A stretch of 64,000 nucleotides of DNA from IMG/VR virus record IMGVR_UViG_3300050821_024078, one strand, 5' to 3'. Position numbers and translations under genes: made by a program. Below the pieces are notes generated by a model. The model did no database searches and was not told where the DNA came from. It saw only the letters and a list, made by a program, of their open reading frames with translations. Within the stretch, counting starts at the first letter, position 1, and each line of letters opens with the position of its first letter. This document shows positions 57,165-64,000 of the stretch, piece after piece. Source of the stretch: an uncultured virus (IMG/VR IMGVR_UViG_3300050821_024078) (lineage: Duplodnaviria; Heunggongvirae; Uroviricota; Caudoviricetes).

Positions 57165-59153
57165 TTAGAAATTTATTTTTAGTATTCTTTTGGTTGAGCC
57201 CTCTATTTGAACAGTTAAATGATTCTTCTGTGTATCAGAAAAACCTATACCACTTAATTGTTCTATCGGAGGATTAAGTTTTAATTTTGAACCTAACACT
57301 TCAAAGAATTTACGATGAGGTGTTAATTCTTCTTTCAAATATTCATTGAAGAAAGGTCTTGTTGCTTCATCACTGGAACAATGTTCAAGAATAAACATAT
57401 AATGTTTATTTCCGATAGCCTCATTCCAATGATTTGGTGAAAGCATGATATTCTTTACCTTGTGAAAACGGTTTGTTTTAAGTCCCCACTTCTCTTTTGT
57501 CACAATTGATGAAGATGTATTATCCAACAATGGTTTTATTTCAAAACCTTTACTTTTTGAATAGGTTACTTCGGCTACAGAGACTTTACCCATCAATTTT
57601 TTATTGTAATGAAAATCAAATATCTGGTTATCAAATTCTATTTGAGCCGTAAATCCATTGTTCATACCACTATCATAATTGTTGCATATAAATGTGTATT
57701 TACCTTCTTTCATTTTAGAAAGATCTGTCCAGGTAATGTTTTCTACACCGGTGTCTCTAGGTCTGATCATATCCACATCTAACATTCCAGACATATCAGT
57801 TGGTCTACCTTTGTAGCTACCATAGTAGATTAAATTACCGTTAGGTTCTGTAGCATGAGCATCCAAATCACAAATTGATTCACCATTATCATTCCATTGA
57901 ATAGAAAATCTTAATACACCAGATACATTACCTCCAGCAGCCTTAACTTTTTCTTTCAATGAATCTGTTATACCTCCTGTGTAGGACCAACTAAATGGAT
58001 TACCCCATTTAAATAACAGTGGAGAATCTTTATCAACTGAAGTTAACAAAGTTGTCATATTATTAAGATGTTGATTTTCAAGAAGAACTTTCAAATTCTT
58101 AGTCTTAGGAAGAATCTTTTCAATAAAGTCATTAATGCCTATTTCTTCTATTTTACTGAAAGATCTTGGGTTCACCTCGGAATCCTTTTTAATATCTTCG
58201 AATACATCAATAAGGCTGGAAGATTTATCTACAAAAAGAATATCTTTAATATCCAAGTCAGTAGCAACAGCAAATCTTCTTTCGATAGATCCAAGAAGTC
58301 CAAGTTCGCTTAATTTAGTTTTAGCATCTTCTACCATTCTTGGTGTTACAAGTGCTGTAGGTCTTTTATAGTTTGATGGTGCTACCATAGTCTCAAACTT
58401 AGATACAGCTGTATCCAAATCCATATTTTCACTTAGATTAATCAGCAAGGTTCCGATAGCAGAGTTTCGAATACGTGTAAGTGCCTGACTTATTTCAGTT
58501 GATTTGAGCCAACAAAAATTGTCTTTTAACTGAGTAGGAACATTTTTATATTCTTTCTGAATTTTATTGAATTCTTTGAGTATTCCTTCAGACTCTTTAC
58601 CTTTATAGAGACTATTTTGAGCAATTAGTTCGAGTATAGTTTCTACAGAATCGATTGTTAATTCATCTAAACTTCTTTTTAAAACATTTTTATTTTCTCG
58701 TAGAATACCTTGTATTGATTCAATGGAATCATTGCCTTTATGAACAAACTCTTTAGGTAATACAAGAAAGAAGTGTTGCCAAATGAGATTCTTAAGACTA
58801 TCCGTATTTTTATCTGTACCAAGTTTTTCGAAAGTATTTTTATATACATCGGTAATTGGTAAAGATTTTATGTAATTTTTTATATTTTTGATAGATGGTG
58901 CATAAAGTTCATCAGTCTCTATATCCCAAATAGATTGTACCTTATTATCTACAATAGCAACAATTCCACCATATTGTCTTAAAAATGATTTACAACAATT
59001 ACAATTGTGCTCAAGTTTTTCAACAGGGTCAACAAAACCATTTAAATAATGCTCCCAGATTAGTTCACGATTGATTTCTACATAAAATAGTTTACCTGTA
59101 TCTGCAAGTTTTTTGAATTTGTCTTGTACCTGAATTTTTAATTTATCAAACAT
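57165..59153 (-). CDS. Conserved phage protein with N-terminal HNCNCC motif and YfaP/DUF2135-like C-terminal domain
   Basis: EHNCNCCKSF; VAPSNYKRP; LRFSIQW...DLDAH..EP...LDVD...VENITW. Confidence 0.75.
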   Translation of the reverse strand: MFDKLKIQVQDKFKKLADTGKLFYVEINRELIWEHYLNGFVDPVEKLEHNCNCCKSFLRQYGGIVAIVDNKVQSIWDIETDELYAPSIKNIKNYIKSLPITDVYKNTFEKLGTDKNTDSLKNLIWQHFFLVLPKEFVHKGNDSIESIQGILRENKNVLKRSLDELTIDSVETILELIAQNSLYKGKESEGILKEFNKIQKEYKNVPTQLKDNFCWLKSTEISQALTRIRNSAIGTLLINLSENMDLDTAVSKFETMVAPSNYKRPTALVTPRMVEDAKTKLSELGLLGSIERRFAVATDLDIKDILFVDKSSSLIDVFEDIKKDSEVNPRSFSKIEEIGINDFIEKILPKTKNLKVLLENQHLNNMTTLLTSVDKDSPLLFKWGNPFSWSYTGGITDSLKEKVKAAGGNVSGVLRFSIQWNDNGESICDLDAHATEPNGNLIYYGSYKGRPTDMSGMLDVDMIRPRDTGVENITWTDLSKMKEGKYTFICNNYDSGMNNGFTAQIEFDNQIFDFHYNKKLMGKVSVAEVTYSKSKGFEIKPLLDNTSSSIVTKEKWGLKTNRFHKVKNIMLSPNHWNEAIGNKHYMFILEHCSSDEATRPFFNEYLKEELTPHRKFFEVLGSKLKLNPPIEQLSGIGFSDTQKNHLTVQIEGSTKRILKINF

Positions 59154-59221
59154 ATTATTTGGTTTTAAAGCTATTGATTTCTTAACGGCACAAAAATAAT
59201 AAATTTTTTGTTATATAAAAA

Positions 59222-59253
59222 CTTGTTAAGCATTTTAATTTTATGTATTTTTG
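59222..59253 (+). promoter_or_regulatory. Bacteroidota-type promoter (divergent partner TATTTTTG on minus strand at 59191-59198)
   Basis: CTTG-N20-TATTTTTG. Confidence 0.65.
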
Positions 59254-59269
59254 AACAAAGTTTTAAGAT

Positions 59270-59914
59270 ATGATACGTTTTGTTTTTTATTGGATTAAAA
59301 GATTCTTTATCAATATATTTGCTAAGGATAATTGTTTTTATTGCCCTGAATGTTTAGGTAAACTCAAGGATGGTAATTATTTAATTAGGTATGAAACACT
59401 TGCTGACCATGTTAGTGATCCTAATGGTAATCCAATCCCAAGAACATATTATTACTGTCCAAATAGTAAATGTACTTTATGGGGTAGTGCAGAGCTAACG
59501 GATAAAAGGAATAGAGATCCTAATGAAATGTTCTGGGATATTTATGGAAATGGTGATTATTCTAGTTATTATGAGCCACACATAAGTAGAATACAAAATT
59601 GGAAGGAAAAAAATAAAAGAACTTCTTCTTACAGTACTTCTACAAAAGGATGGTTCTTTAAAAAAGGTGATAATGCTGTAAATTCTTATGAGGCCCGATA
59701 TGAATATGAGGTTTGTTGGGGAACAACAAAGATTGGTATCTTTTATAAAAAATGGAAACAACTAAAGAGACAGAAAGTTTATGATGAGGTTGTAAGAATT
59801 GTTGGTAATAATAATACCAAAGAGTTCTATGATAAATATTCCATTCTTGATAAGAAACTAAAATATAAAGTATTTGCGTTAATTGAATTATTCAAGAAAA
59901 AGCAAGTAGCTTAA
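59270..59914 (+). CDS. Hypothetical zinc-finger protein
   Basis: CPEC...YETLADHVSDPN...CPNSKC. Confidence 0.65.
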   Translation: MIRFVFYWIKRFFINIFAKDNCFYCPECLGKLKDGNYLIRYETLADHVSDPNGNPIPRTYYYCPNSKCTLWGSAELTDKRNRDPNEMFWDIYGNGDYSSYYEPHISRIQNWKEKNKRTSSYSTSTKGWFFKKGDNAVNSYEARYEYEVCWGTTKIGIFYKKWKQLKRQKVYDEVVRIVGNNNTKEFYDKYSILDKKLKYKVFALIELFKKKQVA

Positions 59915-59921
59915 ACACCTC

Positions 59922-61106
59922 ATGGAGACTAATAAAATTATACATGGTAATTGTATCGATAGGCTCAAAGACATAGAAGCTAACCAAATTGATTTGGTAT
60001 ATTTTGATCCACCATTTTTTACTCAGAAGAAACATTCTCTTTCTAACAGAGATAATTCAAAAACATATGAATTCGAAGATAAATATGAATCGTTAGAAGA
60101 ATATTTGACACTAATTGAAAACACGTTAATACAATGCAAAAGGGTTTTAAAAAATACAGGAAATGTTTTTTTGCATTGTGACAAAACGGCCTCTCATCAT
60201 ATTAGATTGGTACTAGATAGCATATTTGGGAAAGAGAACTTTCAGAGTGAAATTGTTTGGTCATATAAGCGGTGGTCTAATTCTAAAAAAGGACTTCTGA
60301 ATTCTCATCAGATTATTTTTTTCTATTCTAAATCAGAAAATTTCAAATTCAATACTCTGTATACAGACTATTCTGCGACTACGAATCTTGATCAAATATT
60401 ACAAGATAGAGAACGAAATGGAAACGGGAAATCAGTTTATAAAAGAGACGAAAATGGAAATATCATAATTGGAAAAGAAAAAAAGGGCGTTCCATTATCT
60501 GATGTTTGGGAAATTCCGTACTTGAATCCTAAAGCAAAGGAAAGAACTGGATATCCAACTCAAAAACCGGTTTTGTTAATAAATCAAATTATAAATATTG
60601 CGACTGATGAAGGTGATATCGTTCTAGATCCGTTTTGCGGAAGTGGAACAACTTGCGTTTCTGCTAAGTTCTTAAAGAGGAATTATATTGGAATTGATAT
60701 TTCAATTGAAGCTGTTAAGTTGGCAAAATCTCGACTTGAAGAAATGATCATAACCGAATCAAGTTTATTAAATAAAGGAACAAATGAATATTTGGTGAAA
60801 ACAGAAAAGGAATTAACAATTCTTCAAAATATAAATGCTTTTCCAGTTCAAAGGAATTCAGGTATTGATGGGTATTTAAAAGAACATTATGATGGAAAGC
60901 CTGTTCCAGTAAAAATTCAAGGTGAATATGATACAATTGAAGATGCAATCGAAAAATTAGAAAAAGCATCAAGAGGAAATAATTATTCTCTTAAAATCGT
61001 TATTCAAACGAGAGAATCACAAGCAAGTCGACTATTTGATTTTCAATCTGACGTAACAATTATTAAATCACTTGAATTGCAGATAAAGGAGCTTTCAAAA
61101 AAGTAA
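59922..61106 (+). CDS. Orphan beta-class N6-adenine/N4-cytosine DNA methyltransferase
   Basis: DPPF (motif IV) precedes YPTQKP and LDPFCGSGTT (motif I). Confidence 0.93.
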   Translation: METNKIIHGNCIDRLKDIEANQIDLVYFDPPFFTQKKHSLSNRDNSKTYEFEDKYESLEEYLTLIENTLIQCKRVLKNTGNVFLHCDKTASHHIRLVLDSIFGKENFQSEIVWSYKRWSNSKKGLLNSHQIIFFYSKSENFKFNTLYTDYSATTNLDQILQDRERNGNGKSVYKRDENGNIIIGKEKKGVPLSDVWEIPYLNPKAKERTGYPTQKPVLLINQIINIATDEGDIVLDPFCGSGTTCVSAKFLKRNYIGIDISIEAVKLAKSRLEEMIITESSLLNKGTNEYLVKTEKELTILQNINAFPVQRNSGIDGYLKEHYDGKPVPVKIQGEYDTIEDAIEKLEKASRGNNYSLKIVIQTRESQASRLFDFQSDVTIIKSLELQIKELSKK

Positions 61107-61264
61107 CGAACATATAATTAAATTTGCTTCATTGCAGTTCATGAAGAGTAGACATTAATTTTCTTTAAAAAATGTATAGTATTAAAAGTGACCTTAAAAG
61201 GAGAGAATGAAAATGAGTAAGCCTTAAAAATTTTAAGACTTGTTGTGCCTGGCGAGAAGAATGA

Positions 61265-61396
61265 CTAATCCTTTGCAGATACTAACAAATCTCTTGCATC
61301 GACTTTTAAAACTTTTGCAATGGTGAATAACGTTTCTATTGTTGGTTGAACATCGTTAGTACACCATTTTGAAACACTAACAGTTTTTTTATCCAT
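61265..61396 (-). pseudogene. Truncated XRE-family HTH regulator (43 aa)
   Basis: Hand translation MDKKTVSVSKWCTNDVQPTIETLFTIAKVLKVDARDLLVSAKD*; matches the C-terminal half of Bacteroidota XRE HTH proteins and lacks the first helices. Confidence 0.75.
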
Positions 61397-61417
61397 ATTT
61401 TCTGTTAGCACAAAAAT

Positions 61418-61446
61418 AGAAAGGCCCTTTCGTATAGGGCCTTTCT
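61418..61446. terminator. Terminator hairpin
   Basis: AGAAAGGCCCT-ttcgtat-AGGGCCTTTCT. Confidence 0.75.
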
Positions 61447-61517
61447 TATTTTATTAATTTTTTTTGCTTAGTAGCAGGTTCAATATAATATATAAGCCAA
61501 ACAATATTATACCATAA

Positions 61518-64000
61518 ATGACAGGAGAGCGTAGTACATTTGTCTCAGTTGCAGAACAGATTGTCACTTTTAATCAAAATTCTATAGAACTTTTAAATGG
61601 TCTTGTAAAAGTAATTTCAAGTAATGCTAATAATGTAAGTATTAATACTATAGATAGTCAAGGTAATATAACTAATTCAACCCTACCATCTGTGGGATTC
61701 TTGATGTCTGAAATTAATCGTCTTTCACAAAATTTAGAAACACTTTCTTCAGTAGATCAAAGAGGAGCAATTATAAGACCAGCCAATAATACTTATAAAA
61801 AAATTATAGTTGCAGATCTTAATAGAGAACCAAATCCTATTAATTCATTAGAAGTAATAACTGGATTTAATGCTCAAAAGAATTGGTTTTTCGATTCTTT
61901 ATTGAATCCAGGATTATTTGTAAGATTTGATTTAACAGGTAAAATACAAGATAATGTTCGTAAGATTCAATCCAGAAGATACATCATTAAAATTGATAAA
62001 GATGAATTTAATGTTCCTACAGCAGCTGGTGTTGATGCTGCAAACAGTTTTAATACAACTCTCAAAGGTAGAACTGATATAACTACGGTTGAATTAGAAC
62101 AGTGGATTAATGATACACTTGGTATAGTGGAACAAAAAAATGGTTCTCGTATAAATTATGATGAGCAAATATTTGATTTAGATCCAAACACAATACAATA
62201 TGATGGGTTATTCACTATCTTATCCACAGTAGAAGATATTACCAACAGAAAACTATGGTATGTTTTTGATACACTTAATTATTTTGAATTAGCTACAGGA
62301 ATAACAAAGGTTCTTAATGTGGGGGATCAAGTTATTATTAATACAGATCTTGCAACAACAAGACTTACTGTTACTGAAATAAGTAATCAGGCTTCCCAAA
62401 TATGGGTTAACTTAACAATAGTGGAAGGTTATGAACCTATACCTGTTGGTGTTCGTGGAGGTTTAAAATTTTATAGTCCTGTAATAGTCAGTCATACAGT
62501 TGATGTTTCCGTAGGTTTTGATGAATATAATGTTGTCTTTGTTAAAGCAATTAATACAGATAACTATCTTATATCAAGAGTATTTAGTACAGGTACTGCT
62601 TATTACACAAATGATTTAACTTTAACAGCTTCGGATGGTGCCGGTGTGACAGGTCAGCCTCTTCCTGATTATTATGTAAATAATGTTTATGATTATGGTC
62701 AATTTATACAAGATTTAGCAACAACAAAAATACCACTAACACTTGGTTTAAAACCCAATGCTCCAGTCTTAAATACCGTTAATTTTAAGGTATTACAAAC
62801 AAATCAAAACATCACTGATACCCCAGACCTTGATAATTTAAGAAAGTTACATGCAACATCAAATGATCTAAGATCCAGTTTGGATGCCTTAAATATAACT
62901 ATTACAAAAAAGAGAACTGAACTTAATACAAAACAGTATCCTTCCCCGGCTGATAGAACAAATGCTCAAAATCAATTAACTAAACTTGTTCAAACTAGTA
63001 CTACAACAGCAGAAAACTTAGCCTCTGTTGTAAATCAAATTACATCTTTACAACAATCCAATGTAAAAGTTGCTCCAACGTATCAAATGAGAGGATACTT
63101 TACTATTCCTGATCCAGTATCTGATAATAGAACAAGACCTCAAGAAGCTATTCAATTCTTAGTAAATTATAGATATCTTTCCTCTGATGGTAAAACAAAT
63201 AATACAGAGACATTTAACGTTATAGATCCTACTGGTAAGACAACAAATGCTACTTATTCAGAATGGATTTCTTTTAAAACAGATATCAGAAATAGATATC
63301 TTGATCCAGTTACACAGAATTGGTTGTGGGCTGTTGAAGATTTAACAAATGCTGATGTACCAAATATCAACGCTCTTGCTATTGATATTGGTCCTAATGC
63401 TACAATAGAAATACGTGTTAAAACATTAAGTGAAGTAGGTTGGCCTGATGCTGTATTAGAATCTGACTGGTCTAATACAATGACAATGCCTTTTGATGTT
63501 ACACTTCTTCAAAATAATGATAGAGATATCGAGATAGCCAAAGCTGCGGATCTTAATAATTTAAGACTTCAGGTACAACAAGACCTTACACAAAAAGGTC
63601 TTGATCAACATCTGGCTGATCAAGTTACTGTTAGTGGTGTATATTTTGCTCACATAGCTGATAATATTGGTGTTCGTGATCCTACCGGTAAGACAATAAG
63701 TTTGAATGATAGAATCACACAATTATCAACGGGTTCAAATATAGCAGCAAATATCAATATGGTTCTTGAATCACCATGGGTAAATTTTGGTAGTGCTAGA
63801 CCGATAGCAACCTATTATTTGGATTCACAAAGAGTTTATATCGGTGGTATGATAAGAGTTGAAGAAAGATTTTTTGATTCTGAAGATGATGAATTTGATT
63901 CAAGATATCCAGCATTAGAAGCAGCAAATCTTCCAAAATATACTAATATAGCATTTCTTCCAGATGGATATCGACCACAAGGTTCTATATTGGTTAGTGT
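61518..64000 (+). CDS. Large structural-type protein, partial (runs off window end)
   Basis: Hand translation MTGERSTFVSVAEQIVTFNQNSIELL...NWFFDSLLNP... appears open to the window end; ATATATA at 61488-61494. Confidence 0.75.
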   Translation, partial: MTGERSTFVSVAEQIVTFNQNSIELLNGLVKVISSNANNVSINTIDSQGNITNSTLPSVGFLMSEINRLSQNLETLSSVDQRGAIIRPANNTYKKIIVADLNREPNPINSLEVITGFNAQKNWFFDSLLNPGLFVRFDLTGKIQDNVRKIQSRRYIIKIDKDEFNVPTAAGVDAANSFNTTLKGRTDITTVELEQWINDTLGIVEQKNGSRINYDEQIFDLDPNTIQYDGLFTILSTVEDITNRKLWYVFDTLNYFELATGITKVLNVGDQVIINTDLATTRLTVTEISNQASQIWVNLTIVEGYEPIPVGVRGGLKFYSPVIVSHTVDVSVGFDEYNVVFVKAINTDNYLISRVFSTGTAYYTNDLTLTASDGAGVTGQPLPDYYVNNVYDYGQFIQDLATTKIPLTLGLKPNAPVLNTVNFKVLQTNQNITDTPDLDNLRKLHATSNDLRSSLDALNITITKKRTELNTKQYPSPADRTNAQNQLTKLVQTSTTTAENLASVVNQITSLQQSNVKVAPTYQMRGYFTIPDPVSDNRTRPQEAIQFLVNYRYLSSDGKTNNTETFNVIDPTGKTTNATYSEWISFKTDIRNRYLDPVTQNWLWAVEDLTNADVPNINALAIDIGPNATIEIRVKTLSEVGWPDAVLESDWSNTMTMPFDVTLLQNNDRDIEIAKAADLNNLRLQVQQDLTQKGLDQHLADQVTVSGVYFAHIADNIGVRDPTGKTISLNDRITQLSTGSNIAANINMVLESPWVNFGSARPIATYYLDSQRVYIGGMIRVEERFFDSEDDEFDSRYPALEAANLPKYTNIAFLPDGYRPQGSILVS

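Noticed and set aside
2696..60972. Numerous 60-160 aa ORFs overlapping larger genes (e.g. 2696-2923, 7494-7751, 19833-20114, 43958-44446, 56933-57277)
   Set aside because: Antisense or alternate-frame shadows of well-supported genes, without motifs
1..64000. Stop-codon reassignment as in some large phages
   Set aside because: Recognisable genes are full length in the standard code, and TAA, TAG and TGA all end genes at sensible positions
1..64000. tRNA or rRNA genes
   Set aside because: No cloverleaf or T-loop signatures noticed in the short intergenic regions by eye; tRNAscan would be needed to be certain

Overview
A very AT-rich, densely coding segment that reads as part of a large T4-like (myovirus) jumbo phage genome in standard genetic code. 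The host is probably Bacteroidota, because TTG-N19/20-TAnnTTTG promoters precede the accessory genes. The left part (1-25 kb) is accessory. It holds an nrtR-nadM/Nudix-nadV(NAMPT) NAD-salvage operon with two palindromic candidate operators flanking its promoter. It also holds a metallophosphoesterase, a class II aaRS-like/MazG-like fusion, NADAR, a stand-alone TnpB element that appears to split a small gene, and HD, ABC-ATPase, Nudix, DUF2779, nucleotidyltransferase and M50 protease genes. The middle is a baseplate/tail module (gp6-, gp48/54-, gp53-, hub- and gp5-like genes plus a 2962-aa fibre-like protein), interspersed with proteins that share a T4 capsid-targeting-like N-terminal motif. 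The right part holds phoH, a homing-endonuclease-like gene, a UvsW-like helicase, a HAD protein, a YfaP-like gene pair, an orphan DNA methyltransferase with a truncated HTH gene, and the start of another large structural gene. No CRISPR array, tRNA or rRNA was seen. All family calls come from motif recognition by eye, not database searches.
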